NCBI GenBank assembly: GCA_965648935.1 | Contig: CBFGIY010000008.1 | Coordinates: 1 to 47,820 of the forward strand | Source: a candidate division WOR-3 bacterium | GTDB lineage: Bacteria > Hydrothermota > Tepidihabitantia > Tepidihabitantales > Tepidihabitantaceae | Direction of reading: 5' to 3' | Length of the DNA: 47,820 bases | Part shown: in pieces, positions 20,828-31,742 of the stretch | Position numbering within the stretch: position 1 is the stretch's first letter | Layout: every line of letters starts with the position of its first letter | Made by a program: the position numbers and the translations under genes | Notes under the pieces: model-generated | What the model saw: only the letters and a program-made list of their open reading frames with translations | Databases searched by the model: none | What the model was told of the DNA's origin: nothing

Positions 20828-22027
20828 TTGACAAAGCTGTCTTTCTCCTACAAGGACCTGTTCCGGGCCCTGCGGCTCGGATTCTCGGCCAAGAAGATAT
20901 GGATGATGGCGCTGGGGCTGCTCTTCGGCCTGGGCGGCTATGCGCTGCTCACCTACCTCGCGTATGTCACGGCCGGGGTGGACCTGCTCCAGGTCTGGCA
21001 GAATTTCCGGCTGCTGCCGTTCCCGCTGCCCGACTACTACGCTTTCCCGTGGTATGCCTGGGCGATCTATGCCGCTGGTGTGACCTTCCTGCTCTGCGTT
21101 TTCCTTGTTACCGGCACCGCGGTCTCCAAGGTCGCCTATGAGGGACTGCGGGGTGACGAGTTTTTCGAGGCGCGCGAGGCTTTCCGGTTCGCCCTGCGCA
21201 ATGTCGCCGGCACGCTGGCCAGCCCGTTGCTGATTCTGGCGTTTGTCGCCCTGCTTGCCGGGTGCGGGCTTCTGGTCAGCCTTGTCGGAATGATACCCTA
21301 TGTCGGCGAGATTGTGGTCGGGCTGCTGGGCATCGTCGCCTTCTTTGCCTCGCTGTTCATAGTCTATCTTCTCGTCGTGCTCGCGGCGACGCTGGCTATG
21401 GGCCCGAGCGTGGTCGGCGCGGCCCGGGCCGACACTTTCGACACGCTGTTTGAGGTTTTCTCTTGCGTCAACGAACAGCCGGGCCGTCTGGTCTGGTATT
21501 CGGCAACCGTGGCCCTACTGGCCAAGTTCGGCAGCTTCGCGCTGGCTGCGGCGTCGGTGACGGCCGGCCGTGTCGGCTATGCGCTGCTCGGCGTCTTCCC
21601 GGGGGCCAAGCTCGCCGACGTGTTCGAGAACGCCGGCTTCTACTTCAAGGTTGCCCTGCCCGACTGGTGGCCGGCCCTGTTCCAGCAGTGGTTTGCGTGG
21701 GAACTGGAAACACTCGGCCTGCCCCAGGTGCTGCTGCCGGCAACATACCTGTCGGTCGGCTGGAGCGGCGATGCGGCCGCGCTGCTCATCGGGCTTTGCA
21801 TCTACGCGGTAGCGCTGATGGTTGTCGGGTATGGGTTCAGCGTCTGGTTCTCGGGTATGACCCTGACGTACGCGGTGCTGGCACAGAAAAAGGACGAAAA
21901 GAACATCCTCGAACTGCCCGACGAAGACGAGGAACTGCTTGAGCCGGCCGAGAAACCAGAAGGCATCCAGCAACCGGGCCCGGCCGATGCACCCGGTTCC
22001 TGCAGTCCTGTTCAGGAATCTAAATAG
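20828..22027 (+). CDS. Hypothetical polytopic membrane protein
   Basis: AAAGGAG SD, TTG start, about 7-8 hydrophobic segments and an acidic C-terminal tail. Confidence 0.8.
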   Translation: MTKLSFSYKDLFRALRLGFSAKKIWMMALGLLFGLGGYALLTYLAYVTAGVDLLQVWQNFRLLPFPLPDYYAFPWYAWAIYAAGVTFLLCVFLVTGTAVSKVAYEGLRGDEFFEAREAFRFALRNVAGTLASPLLILAFVALLAGCGLLVSLVGMIPYVGEIVVGLLGIVAFFASLFIVYLLVVLAATLAMGPSVVGAARADTFDTLFEVFSCVNEQPGRLVWYSATVALLAKFGSFALAAASVTAGRVGYALLGVFPGAKLADVFENAGFYFKVALPDWWPALFQQWFAWELETLGLPQVLLPATYLSVGWSGDAAALLIGLCIYAVALMVVGYGFSVWFSGMTLTYAVLAQKKDEKNILELPDEDEELLEPAEKPEGIQQPGPADAPGSCSPVQESK

Positions 22028-22065
22028 CTGTAAAGGATAGCCTTACACACAAAGGTCGGCGCTCG

Positions 22066-24333
22066 GTGCCGACCTTTGTTGCGCGGGCCGGCGGCCGGGT
22101 GCAGGGAGTCGGCTTCCGCCCATTCGTGTACCGGCTGGCTCAGACTCTCAGAGTCTGCGGCATCGTCGCGAACACGCCGACCGGGGTCGTCATCAAGGCA
22201 CAGGGACGCGCGGCCAAGTCATTTCTGCAACAGCTGCGCTCGAATCCGCCGCGGCTGGCACGCATCACAGAGTGGACGGTGCGGACAATCAAGGCTGCGC
22301 CCATGCCCGGCTTTCGTATCATGCCCAGCAACAGAACCGGTCTTGGGCAGCTCGACCCGACCCCGGACCTGGCGTTGTGCGCAGACTGCGCCAAGGAGAT
22401 AGCCAAACCGGGCGACCGCCGGTTCGGCTACCCGTTCACCAACTGCATCCACTGCGGGCCGCGCTACTCGATAATCACAGCTCTCCCCTATGACCGTCCC
22501 CGGACGACCATGGCCGGCTTTGCGCTGTGCCCGGACTGTCGCCGCGAGTACTCGACCCCGGCCAACCGGCGTTTTCATGCTCAACCGGTCTGCTGCCCGG
22601 TCTGCGGGCCGCATCTCGACGATGGCAGTGCTTCTACAGACCGGACTGCGCTGGACCGCGCCGCTCGCGCGCTCAGGGCCGGGCGCATAGTCGCACTGAA
22701 AAGCATCGGCGGTTTCCAGCTCGCCTGCCGCGCTGACCGCGACCCTGTGGTAGCACGCCTGCGCCGGCTCAAGCACCGCCCGACGAAGCCGCTGGCCCTG
22801 ATGTGCGCCTCTCCTGCGGCCGCATCGCGCCTGGTCAGGCTGAGCGCGGCCGGCAAGGTTCTACTATCTTCAGGCCGCGCCCCGGTGGTGCTCCTGCCGC
22901 GCCTGCAGCATGCGCCCGTCTCGGAACTGGTCGCGCCCAGCACAGACCGGCTGGGCGTGATGCTACCCTATACGCCCCTGCACAGGCTGCTGTTCGATCG
23001 CCTTACCGACATCCCCGCCCTCGTGATGACATCAGGCAACCGGCGTGGTGAGCCCATCGCATTGGACAGTGCCGAGCTGGCCACCAAGCCACGGCTTGCC
23101 GACCTGGTGCTGGACCACAACAGGCCGATTGCCAACCGTTGTGATGACTCGGTTGTGCTTGCGGATTCGCCGCCGGTCGTGCTACGCCGCTCCCGCGGCT
23201 ATGTTCCAGAACCCGTGCCGCTGGCCCCGATGTTTCACGTGAAACAACCGGTTCTCGGGGTTGGCGCCGACGCGCGCAACGCGTTCGCCTTGGCAAAAGA
23301 CGACCGCGCGATACCCGGACCTTACTTGGGCGATATGGACTCGCTCGCGGTCGAACGGTTCTTTGAAGAGACGCTGGACCGGTTCCTCCGCTGGTACAGG
23401 ACCCGACCGCGCCTGGTCGCCTGTGACCTGCACCCGGACTACCATTCGGCGCGACTGGCCGAGCGTGTCGCCAACCGTTTCGGGGCGAGGCTGGTCCGGG
23501 TACAGCACCATCTGGCACACATGCTCGGCGCAATGGCGGAAAATGGCATCACCGGCACTGCTATCGGCCTCGCTGCTGACGGCACCGGTCTGGGCAGCGA
23601 CTACCAGATATGGGGTTGCGAGGTGCTGCTGGTCCGGCCGGGCAGGGACTGGGCACGTGTCGGCCACCTTGACTATCTGGAATCGGCTGACAGCGGCGCC
23701 GAGCTGGCTGACCCGGTGCGTGTCGCGGTTTCGTATCTTGCACAGGCAGGGGAGAGACAGTTAGCGAGACGGCTGTTTGGCCGGGGCACCAGACCCGTGC
23801 AGGCACACCGGACCCTCAAGACATCGTCACTTGGCCGGCTCTTCGACTCTGCGGCGGCGATCTTGGGCGTATGCCGCAAGGCGACCTTCGAAGGCGAAGC
23901 TGCGGTCGCCCTGGAGGCGACGGCTGGGGGCAGGCTGTTGCGCGGCTGGTTCAGGGAGGCTGACCTGTCAGGTGGCGCAGATCAAGTTATGACTTGGGAC
24001 CCGCGCGGGATGCTCTCCCGGCTTGCCCGGGCAGCAGCGCGCGGTGCCAGCCCTGGAGAAACGGCGGCCAGGTTCCACGAAACTGTCGTCAGCGCCCTGG
24101 CCGCAATGCTGATACGGCTGGCTCGGTACCACAGCACATCAAGTGTGGTTCTGACGGGGGGCGCGATGGTTAACTCGCTCCTGCGCAACGGTCTGACCAG
24201 ACGAATCGAACAGGCAGGGATGGTCGTATACCGCAATCGCCTGGTCCCGCCCAATGATGGCGGGATTGCTCTAGGCCAGGCAGTCTTCCCCGCAGTTCTG
24301 CCCGACCAAGTATCCGACCAGCGCGGCGAATGA
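22066..24333 (+). CDS. hypF: Carbamoyltransferase HypF
   Basis: Acylphosphatase domain (GRVQGVGFRPFVY), CxxC zinc fingers, YrdC-like domain, DLHPDY, QHHLAH and PPNDGGIALGQ. Confidence 0.95.
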   Translation: MPTFVARAGGRVQGVGFRPFVYRLAQTLRVCGIVANTPTGVVIKAQGRAAKSFLQQLRSNPPRLARITEWTVRTIKAAPMPGFRIMPSNRTGLGQLDPTPDLALCADCAKEIAKPGDRRFGYPFTNCIHCGPRYSIITALPYDRPRTTMAGFALCPDCRREYSTPANRRFHAQPVCCPVCGPHLDDGSASTDRTALDRAARALRAGRIVALKSIGGFQLACRADRDPVVARLRRLKHRPTKPLALMCASPAAASRLVRLSAAGKVLLSSGRAPVVLLPRLQHAPVSELVAPSTDRLGVMLPYTPLHRLLFDRLTDIPALVMTSGNRRGEPIALDSAELATKPRLADLVLDHNRPIANRCDDSVVLADSPPVVLRRSRGYVPEPVPLAPMFHVKQPVLGVGADARNAFALAKDDRAIPGPYLGDMDSLAVERFFEETLDRFLRWYRTRPRLVACDLHPDYHSARLAERVANRFGARLVRVQHHLAHMLGAMAENGITGTAIGLAADGTGLGSDYQIWGCEVLLVRPGRDWARVGHLDYLESADSGAELADPVRVAVSYLAQAGERQLARRLFGRGTRPVQAHRTLKTSSLGRLFDSAAAILGVCRKATFEGEAAVALEATAGGRLLRGWFREADLSGGADQVMTWDPRGMLSRLARAAARGASPGETAARFHETVVSALAAMLIRLARYHSTSSVVLTGGAMVNSLLRNGLTRRIEQAGMVVYRNRLVPPNDGGIALGQAVFPAVLPDQVSDQRGE
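23231..23246. promoter_or_regulatory. parS: parS centromere-like site
   Basis: Exact palindrome TGTTTCACGTGAAACA matching the canonical parS consensus, about 1.4 kb from dnaA. Confidence 0.85.
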
Positions 24334-24352
24334 GCCGGGCCGACAACGGCGC

Positions 24353-24509
24353 TTGACATTGTACCACACTCGCCTATGATGCCCGCAGGCAACTAGAGTC
24401 CGAAGACAACCTGTAACGAACCAGATTGTGGATACCGCGCCAGCGAGGGCGTATCTCTTTTTGCGCCAAATAGTTAGTCGCGCAGAGATGTGGATAACTC
24501 GGTGGAAAA
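24353..24509 (+). promoter_or_regulatory. dnaA promoter and DnaA boxes
   Basis: TTGACA-N16-TATGAT (24353-24380); TGTGGATAC (24427-24435, 1 mismatch); perfect TGTGGATAA (24489-24497); GGTGGAAAA (24501-24509). Confidence 0.8.
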
Positions 24510-24622
24510 CCGGCTCGGTTGCTGTGACTATTGGCTCGCGGCCCTGTTGACTGGTATCGTGGCCACCCTTAACCGGGCCATCGTTGCCAGCGGGCCCGAA
24601 AAGACCGCGAAAGGGGCTTGTG

Positions 24623-25963
24623 ATGGCTGTTGCCGAAACCGCTGTCGGCGCCAAGGACGGCGCCGCTGAAATCTGGAAAAAGACGCTGGAGCAGTTGCGT
24701 CTCCGGGTCAACCGCGAGGGATTTGAGACCTGGCTGGCGCCGACCCGGGGCGCCAACCTGGGTAACGGCTCGATCGAGGTAATAGTACCCAACGCCTTCT
24801 TTGCCGACTGGCTGTCGCAGCACTACTCAACCGACATCAGGTCGGCGCTGGCGCATGTCACTGGCCGCGAGCTTTCGGCGCGCTTCCGTCCGGACGACAG
24901 CCCAGACGCCCTGGTCGTGCCCGAACCGGAGAGGCCGCGCGTCGACTCCCGCCGGTTGCAGGCCCGCCACACCTTTGCCAGCTTCATCGTCGGCGAGTCA
25001 AACCGGTTCGCCTGCGCCGCAGCGCGCAGCGTCGCCGAAAACCCGGGCCGCAATTACAACCCGCTGTTCATATACGGCGGGGTCGGCCTGGGCAAGACCC
25101 ATCTGCTTCAGGCGGTCGGAAACCACGCTCTCGCCCTGAAACCCGGCCTCAAAGTCCTCTACACCCCAGCCGAATCACTCTTTCTCGAGCTGATACAGTC
25201 CATCGAGAAGAACACCCGGCTCCAGTTCAAGAACCGCTACCGCGCGCTTGACCTGCTCCTGCTCGATGACATCCACTACCTCATCGGCAAAGAACGCCTG
25301 CAGGAGGAAATCTTTCATATTTTCAATGCTTTACACGAATCCGGGTCACAGGTTGTCTTCACAAGTGACCGCCCCCCGCGCGAGATACCGACGCTCGAAA
25401 ACCGGCTGGTATCGCGCCTCGGCTCAGGACTGGTGGTCGACATCCAGCAACCAGATGTTGAAACGCGCATCGCCATACTGAAACAGAAGGCTGCGGCCGA
25501 GCACGCAGTACTGCCCGACGATGTCGCGTGCTTCATCGCCCACCGCGTACGCACCAGCGTACGCGAACTCGAGGGTGCGCTCATCCGGCTGATGGCTCTG
25601 GCATCGCTGGACGGCCGGACAATGACCGTTGACACTGCGGCTCACGCCCTGGCAGACATCCTGCCCCGCGAGGAGCCGCCCGACCATAACCGCATCATCG
25701 CGTCGTGCGCCGCGGCGTTCGGGGTGACCGCGGCCGACATCCGCGGAACCCGCCGCACCAAGCAACTGGCCCTGGCCCGCCAGTCGGCAATGTACCTGAT
25801 GCGTACGACACTTAACCTTTCGCTCAAAGAGATCGGTTTCCTGTTCGGCGGCAAGGACCACACCACCGTCCTGCACGCGGTCAACAAGATCGCGCAGCAA
25901 CGCATCACCGACCCCGGTCTCGCCGACCGAATCGATCGCATAGCCAGAACCGTGGTCCGGTAG
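24623..25963 (+). CDS. dnaA: Chromosomal replication initiator DnaA
   Basis: FETWL, YNPLFIYGGVGLGKTHL, LLLDDI, RELEGAL and GGKDHTTVLHA. Confidence 0.98.
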   Translation: MAVAETAVGAKDGAAEIWKKTLEQLRLRVNREGFETWLAPTRGANLGNGSIEVIVPNAFFADWLSQHYSTDIRSALAHVTGRELSARFRPDDSPDALVVPEPERPRVDSRRLQARHTFASFIVGESNRFACAAARSVAENPGRNYNPLFIYGGVGLGKTHLLQAVGNHALALKPGLKVLYTPAESLFLELIQSIEKNTRLQFKNRYRALDLLLLDDIHYLIGKERLQEEIFHIFNALHESGSQVVFTSDRPPREIPTLENRLVSRLGSGLVVDIQQPDVETRIAILKQKAAAEHAVLPDDVACFIAHRVRTSVRELEGALIRLMALASLDGRTMTVDTAAHALADILPREEPPDHNRIIASCAAAFGVTAADIRGTRRTKQLALARQSAMYLMRTTLNLSLKEIGFLFGGKDHTTVLHAVNKIAQQRITDPGLADRIDRIARTVVR

Positions 25964-26409
25964 GATGTATCAACAGCCGAGCACCGGATAAGGCTGTTGA
26001 TAACCTGGCTGATTTCGTGCCGCGTGCAGTTTGCCACGACTTCTCTACACGAGACCAACCTCGATTTCACATGGCTCCAGCAGACCAAACAACTATTGGA
26101 CAATATGTTAGGAAGCATTACCAGCTCTCCACCAACACAACATCACCAACAGAAGTCTTACTAAACAACTGCTGTTGTCCGGAGAGGCAACCAACCATAA
26201 GTCTTAGGGTATTTGCAAATAGTGTCTACCTGCACTACTACATTAGCCTCAATCAGCTGTTTACGCCGTTGAGCTGTGCTGGTGGTGCGCCCCGCCAGGC
26301 GCCACTTGTGCAATGGCGACGCACCGACAGTGCGTTTTCGGCGGGTCTCTTGTACTTGACCGGTTCAGTATTCTTGCCGACCCTTGCTCGCACTCGACTC
26401 CGGCGCTAT
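25964..26409. other. Probable oriC (AT-richer non-coding region downstream of dnaA)
   Basis: Visibly lower GC than the flanks and no credible ORF; degenerate DnaA boxes GTATCAACA (25967-25975), TGTTGATAA (25995-26003) and TTCTCTACA (26041-26049). Confidence 0.65.
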
Positions 26410-26458
26410 TTGACTGCGGACGGGCGCGCGATATAGTGTTTGAACGCAGCCGCAAGCC

Positions 26459-27454
26459 ATGATCAATCTCAGCGAGGACACCTCATACGGGTTCGCGGTC
26501 GGGCGCGTGCGCGCTCTCGAGGTGGCGTTGCTCGGTCCCGGGCAGTATGACCGCCTGCTGCGTGCTGCCGGACCTGATGAGTTCACGGCTATCCTGAAAG
26601 AGACGGGTTACGCCCGTTTCTTCGAAGGCGCCGGGCCGGGTTCCTTCGATGCCGCGATGGAGCTGGCAGCTGCCGAGTACGCCGCATTCCTTGCGCGCTA
26701 CGCGCTGGACCCGTGGCTGCTTCGCTTCTTTCAGTTGCCGGCAGACATTCACAATCTGAGAACAGCGGTCAAAGCTGCCCGCGGCGCCGGGTCCGTGCCG
26801 CCCCACAGAGCGGGCGGCGCATGGTCCGCACAGTCAATAACGGCGCTGGTCAGCGGCGCAGCGCCGCCTGAAGTCGAATCGCTGGTACAACCTGTCGTCC
26901 GCCGGCTGCTTGACGAGGACAGCCGGGCCGATGCCATCACGATAGACGTGGCGCTCGACCGGCTCGAGGCAGAGCTGGCGCTCGCTGCGGCGCGGCCCAG
27001 CCCATTTCTTGTCGGGTACCTGCAACTGCACAGCGATCTGGAGAATGCCAGAACCGCGGCACGCGTCAAGGCGGCAGGCGAGAGCGGGGCCGACCTTGCC
27101 GGATTGCTGTTGCCTGGCGGTGCGGTTGGCGTGGAGCGGTTGCGCGCCGCGGTCGCCGGCGACTGGGACGGATTTGCGCGCGCGTTCAATGGTACTGAGG
27201 TCGGGGATGTCGTCTCGGACGGCGCGGCGCGGTTTGCAGAAACCGGCGCGCTCCTGCGCTGGGAACGGCTCGGCCGTGAAGCCGAGCTCACCTACCTGCG
27301 CCGGTCGCGCTACGCCGTGTTCGGCCACGAGCCGCTTGCCGCTTTTCACTACTACCAGCTCAACGAACTGCGCAACCTGAGAGGCGCGTACGCCGCGCAG
27401 CGCGCCGGGCTTGACCACCAGACCGCGCGCGAACTTATCGCCTATGTCGACTGA
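26459..27454 (+). CDS. V/A-type ATP synthase subunit C
   Basis: YGFAVGRVRALE, DIHNLRT and NELRNLR; first gene of the V-ATPase cluster; promoter TTGACT-N16-TATAGT (26410-26437). Confidence 0.85.
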   Translation: MINLSEDTSYGFAVGRVRALEVALLGPGQYDRLLRAAGPDEFTAILKETGYARFFEGAGPGSFDAAMELAAAEYAAFLARYALDPWLLRFFQLPADIHNLRTAVKAARGAGSVPPHRAGGAWSAQSITALVSGAAPPEVESLVQPVVRRLLDEDSRADAITIDVALDRLEAELALAAARPSPFLVGYLQLHSDLENARTAARVKAAGESGADLAGLLLPGGAVGVERLRAAVAGDWDGFARAFNGTEVGDVVSDGAARFAETGALLRWERLGREAELTYLRRSRYAVFGHEPLAAFHYYQLNELRNLRGAYAAQRAGLDHQTARELIAYVD

Positions 27455-27767
27455 AGCCGCGCCGACACTGGCCGTGGTCGGCCGATCCGATGTCATAGCA
27501 CCCTTCCGCGCAGCCGGGCTTGCCGCGGTGCCGGTCGAACCGGGCCCGGGCGCGGCCGCGGCGGTGCAGGCACTCATCGAGAGCGGCTGCCGCGTCGTGT
27601 TCTACACCGAGGACCTTTTTCCGCAGCTTCTGCCGTTGCTCGAACGCTATCGCCGCGCGGCCGTGCCGTCGCTGGTGGCGTTGCCGGTCTCGGCCGAGCG
27701 CTACGGCATCGAGCGCCTGAAAGACATAGTCCGCCGCGCGGTCGGCGCGGACGTTTTCCATCAGTGA
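27444..27767 (+). CDS. V/A-type ATP synthase subunit F
   Basis: LAVVGRSDVIAPFRAAG..VRRAVGAD; overlaps the subunit C stop. Confidence 0.85.
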   Translation: MSTEAAPTLAVVGRSDVIAPFRAAGLAAVPVEPGPGAAAAVQALIESGCRVVFYTEDLFPQLLPLLERYRRAAVPSLVALPVSAERYGIERLKDIVRRAVGADVFHQ

Positions 27768-27806
27768 GTGCCGGCAGGATGACAGCGTCAGTGCCCGGCA
27801 AGGAGG

Positions 27807-29606
27807 ATGCAGTTGGCTGAAGAAAGCCTGGGCAGGATAATCAAGGTTTCCGGACCGCTCGTCGTCGCGGAAAACATGGCCGGGTCGAAGATGTACGACC
27901 TGGTCAAAGTCAGCGACCAGCGGCTCATCGGCGAGATAATAGAGCTGCGCGGCGACCGCGCCTCCATCCAGGTCTATGAGGAAACCGGCGGCGTCGGGCC
28001 GGGCGAGCCGGTGTTTCCGACCCACGAGCCGCTCTCGGTCGAGCTCGGCCCCGGGCTTGTCGAGTCGATCTACGACGGCGTGCAACGCCCGCTCGACGTG
28101 GTGAAAAAGAAGGCGGGCGACTTCATCAGCCGCGGCATCGAAGCACCTGGCCTTGATCGGGAACGGCGCTGGCGGTTCGAACCGATGCGCGCGGCCGGGG
28201 CCGATGTCGGGCCGGGCGACATCATCGGCGAGGTGCAGGAGACCGTGCTCGTGCGCCACCGCATCATGGTCCCGCCCGGCCTGGCCGGGAAGCTTGTCAA
28301 GATAGAGGCGGGTGAGTTCCGGGTCGAGGACGCCGTCGCCCTGGTCGCCACCGACAAAGGCGAGGTGCCGGTCACGATGCTGCAGCGCTGGCCGGTGCGC
28401 CGGCCGCGCCCGGTGCGGCGCAAGGTCCAGCCCGACGAGCCGCTGGTGACCGGCCAGCGAGTCATCGACGCGTTCTTCACCATCGCCAAGGGCGGCACGG
28501 CGAGCGTGCCCGGGCCGTTCGGTTCGGGCAAGACCGTCATCCAGCACCAGTTCGCCAAGTGGTCCGACGCCCAGATAATCGTCTTCGTCGGCTGCGGCGA
28601 GCGCGGCAACGAGATGACCGACGTGCTGATGGAATTCCCTCACCTCAAAGACCCGCGCTCCGGGGAGCCGCTGATGAAGCGCACGGTGCTGGTCGCCAAC
28701 ACCTCGAACATGCCGGTCGCGGCCCGCGAGGCCTCGATCTATACCGGCATCACCATCGCCGAGTACTACCGCGATATGGGCTATTCGGTCGCGCTGCAGG
28801 CCGACTCGACCTCGCGCTGGGCCGAGGCGCTGCGCGAGATGTCGGGCCGGCTGGAGGAGATGCCGGGCGAGGAAGGCTACCCGGCTTACCTGGCGACCCG
28901 CGTGGCCGAGTTCTACGAGCGCGCCGGCCGAGTCGTGTGTCTGGGCACCGCGCCCGGCGGCGCGGAACAGGAAGGCGCGCTGTCGGTTGTCGGGTCGGTT
29001 TCGCCGCCGGGCGGCGACCTCAACGACCCGGTCGTCCAGTCGACGCTGCGCGTGGTCAAGGTGTTCTGGTCGCTGGAGGACCGGCTGGCCTTTGCCCGCC
29101 ACTTCCCGGCAATCTCCTGGCTCAACTCCTACTCGCTTTACCGCGAAGTGACCCGCGAGGCGCTGGCGCGCATGGCGACGCCGGAGTTTGTCGAGGACTC
29201 CTCCGAGGCGCTGGCCCTGTTGCAGAAAGAGGCCGAGCTGGAGGAGATCGTCCGACTGGTCGGGCGCGACACGCTCTCGGCCGGGGACCGGCTGATACTC
29301 GAGGCGGCGCGCAGCCTGCGCGAGGACTTCCTGCACCAGAACGCGTTTCACGACGTCGACACCTACACCTCGCTGAAGAAGCAGGCGCGGATGCTGGCCG
29401 CGATAATGCTGTTCTATCGCCTGGGCAAGCAAGCGCTGGAGCGCGGCGCCGACATCGCCGCGGTCGAGACGCTGCCGGTGCGCGAACGCATCGCACGGAT
29501 GAAATACCTCACCGAGGAGGAGAGCGACGCGGGCATCGACCGGGTCGAGGCCGAGCTCAAGTCGCAGCTCGGCGCCCTGGGGCCGGCCGGGCAGGAGGCA
29601 GGATGA
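27807..29606 (+). CDS. ntpA: V/A-type ATP synthase subunit A
   Basis: [31 protein letters not shown] and [12 protein letters not shown]. Confidence 0.97.
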   Translation: MQLAEESLGRIIKVSGPLVVAENMAGSKMYDLVKVSDQRLIGEIIELRGDRASIQVYEETGGVGPGEPVFPTHEPLSVELGPGLVESIYDGVQRPLDVVKKKAGDFISRGIEAPGLDRERRWRFEPMRAAGADVGPGDIIGEVQETVLVRHRIMVPPGLAGKLVKIEAGEFRVEDAVALVATDKGEVPVTMLQRWPVRRPRPVRRKVQPDEPLVTGQRVIDAFFTIAKGGTASVPGPFGSGKTVIQHQFAKWSDAQIIVFVGCGERGNEMTDVLMEFPHLKDPRSGEPLMKRTVLVANTSNMPVAAREASIYTGITIAEYYRDMGYSVALQADSTSRWAEALREMSGRLEEMPGEEGYPAYLATRVAEFYERAGRVVCLGTAPGGAEQEGALSVVGSVSPPGGDLNDPVVQSTLRVVKVFWSLEDRLAFARHFPAISWLNSYSLYREVTREALARMATPEFVEDSSEALALLQKEAELEEIVRLVGRDTLSAGDRLILEAARSLREDFLHQNAFHDVDTYTSLKKQARMLAAIMLFYRLGKQALERGADIAAVETLPVRERIARMKYLTEEESDAGIDRVEAELKSQLGALGPAGQEAG

Positions 29607-30982
29607 TAATCGACTATCGGACCGTGGTCTCGGTGGCCGGACCGCTGGTGGTCGTCGAGGGCGTGAGCGGCGTCAAGTACCAGGAGCTGGTGCAGGTGAC
29701 ACTGCCGTCGGGCGAGCGCCGGCGCGGGCAGGTGCTCGAGGCGTCGGGCGACCGCGCGCTGGTGCAGGTGTTCGAGGGCTCGACCGGCATCGACCCGGGC
29801 ACGGCCAGGGTGCGGTTTCTGGGCCGGGGCATCACCATTGACCTGTCCCCGGAAATCCTGGGACGCGTGTTCGGCGGGCTGGGCCGGCCGCGCGACGGCG
29901 GGCCGCCGGTGATCCCGGACAAGCGCGTCGACATCAACGGCGCGCCGATCAACCCCTATGCCCGCGAGTACCCCAACGAGTTCATCCAGACCGGGGTGTC
30001 GTGCATCGACGGTCTGAACACGCTGGTGCGCGGCCAGAAGCTGCCGATCTTCTCCGGCTCGGGATTGCCCCACAACCGGCTGGCGGCCCAGGTCGCGCGC
30101 CAGGCCCGCGTGCTGGGCACGAGCGAGCCGTTTGCGGTGGTGTTCGCCGCGATGGGCATCACCTTCGAGGAGGCGGAGTTCTTCATCCGCGACTTCACCG
30201 ACTCGGGCGCGCTCGAGCGCACCGTGCTGTTTCTCAATCTCGCCGACGAGCCGGCGATCGAGCGCATCGCCACGCCGCGCGCGGCGCTGACCGCGGCCGA
30301 GTACCTCGCCTTCGACCGCGGGATGCACGTCCTGGTCGTGCTGACCGATATGACCAACTACTGCGAGGCCCTGCGCGAGATATCCGCCGCGCGCAAGGAG
30401 ATCCCGGGCCGGCGCGGTTTCCCCGGCTACCTCTACACCGACCTGTCAGCCATCTACGAGCGCTGCGGCCGAATCCAGGGCCGGCCCGGCTCGATCACGA
30501 TGATGCCGGTGCTGACGATGCCCGAGGACGACAAGACCCATCCGATACCCGACCTCACCGGCTACATCACCGAGGGCCAGATAATCCTGTCCCGGGCGAT
30601 GCACCGGCGCGGCATCGCGCCGCCGGTCGACGTGCTGCCGTCGCTGTCGCGACTGAAAGACAAGGGCATCGGCAAAGGCAAGACGCGCGAGGACCACGCC
30701 GACCTGTTCAACCAGCTCTACGCCTGCTACGCCCGGGGCAAGGAAGCCGAGGAACTGAAAGTCATCCTCGGCGAGGCGGCGCTGTCCGACGCCGACCGGC
30801 TGTACCTGGCCTTTGCCGATCAATTCGAGAGGCGCTATATAGCTCAGGGCGAGCGGGAAAACCGGACGATCGAGGCGACCCTCGACCTCGGCTGGGAGCT
30901 GCTCGCCGCTTTTCCGCGCGCCGAGCTCAAGCGCGTGCGCGACGCCTACCTCGACAAGTATCACAAGCCGGCGGCGCAGTAG
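29603..30982 (+). CDS. ntpB: V/A-type ATP synthase subunit B
   Basis: Start ATG 29603 (ATGA overlap with subunit A); [29 protein letters not shown] and [15 protein letters not shown]. Confidence 0.97.
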   Translation: MIIDYRTVVSVAGPLVVVEGVSGVKYQELVQVTLPSGERRRGQVLEASGDRALVQVFEGSTGIDPGTARVRFLGRGITIDLSPEILGRVFGGLGRPRDGGPPVIPDKRVDINGAPINPYAREYPNEFIQTGVSCIDGLNTLVRGQKLPIFSGSGLPHNRLAAQVARQARVLGTSEPFAVVFAAMGITFEEAEFFIRDFTDSGALERTVLFLNLADEPAIERIATPRAALTAAEYLAFDRGMHVLVVLTDMTNYCEALREISAARKEIPGRRGFPGYLYTDLSAIYERCGRIQGRPGSITMMPVLTMPEDDKTHPIPDLTGYITEGQIILSRAMHRRGIAPPVDVLPSLSRLKDKGIGKGKTREDHADLFNQLYACYARGKEAEELKVILGEAALSDADRLYLAFADQFERRYIAQGERENRTIEATLDLGWELLAAFPRAELKRVRDAYLDKYHKPAAQ

Positions 30983-31012
30983 GTCGCGCAGGGCACGCAG
31001 GACGCATCCCCG

Positions 31013-31696
31013 GTGCGCTACCCTTTCGTCCTCTTCGACCTTGACGGCACGCTGATCGACTCCGCGCGCGACCTGGTGGCCTCGGTGCGCCACGCGCTGC
31101 GCGCGCTGGAGGACCGCGAGCCGCCCGAGGCGGTCGATATCCTCGCCCTGGTCGGCAGTCCGCTGGAGAAGTTTCCGCCCGCGCTGGGGTACCCGGCCGA
31201 CCCGGCGAGCCTGGCGCGGTTCGCGGACAGCTACCGGGCGCACTACGCCGAGCACTTCAATGACCACACCCGGCTGTACCCGGGCATCGCCGACACCCTC
31301 GCCCGGCTCAAGGGAGCGGGCGCGCGCCTCGGGCTGGTGACAACCAAGCACCAGGCGCAGGCCGACTTCACGGCGCGGGCGATGGGCCTGCTTGACTATC
31401 TCGACCACGTCCACGGCTGGCTGGAGGGGCGCCGGCACAAGCCGGACCCGGAGCCGGTGACGATGGCGCTGACCGCGCTGGGCGGCAGCGCCGACCGGGC
31501 GCTGTTCGTCGGCGATTCGGAGCTGGACATCGAGGCAGGCCGCGCGGCCGGATGCGCGACCTGCGCCGTGGCCTGGGGATTCCGGCCGGCCTGGCTCCTG
31601 AAGGAGTACCGGCCCGATTACCTGATCGGCGCGCCGCACGAGATAGCGGAAATAGCCCTGTCCGACGGTTTCCCGTCAGCCGCTCTCCCGGGTTGA
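31013..31696 (+). CDS. HAD-IA hydrolase (Gph/PpaX-like phosphatase)
   Basis: FDLDGTLIDS, KPDPEP and VGDSELD. Confidence 0.9.
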   Translation: MRYPFVLFDLDGTLIDSARDLVASVRHALRALEDREPPEAVDILALVGSPLEKFPPALGYPADPASLARFADSYRAHYAEHFNDHTRLYPGIADTLARLKGAGARLGLVTTKHQAQADFTARAMGLLDYLDHVHGWLEGRRHKPDPEPVTMALTALGGSADRALFVGDSELDIEAGRAAGCATCAVAWGFRPAWLLKEYRPDYLIGAPHEIAEIALSDGFPSAALPG

Positions 31697-31742
31697 CAAC
31701 CGGCCGCGCCTGGCTGAGAATGGCGCACGGGGATTAACTGCC

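Noticed and set aside
28559..29602. Apparent long N-terminal extension of V-ATPase B (807-aa ORF)
   Set aside because: It overlaps subunit A in another frame; the true start is ATG 29603.
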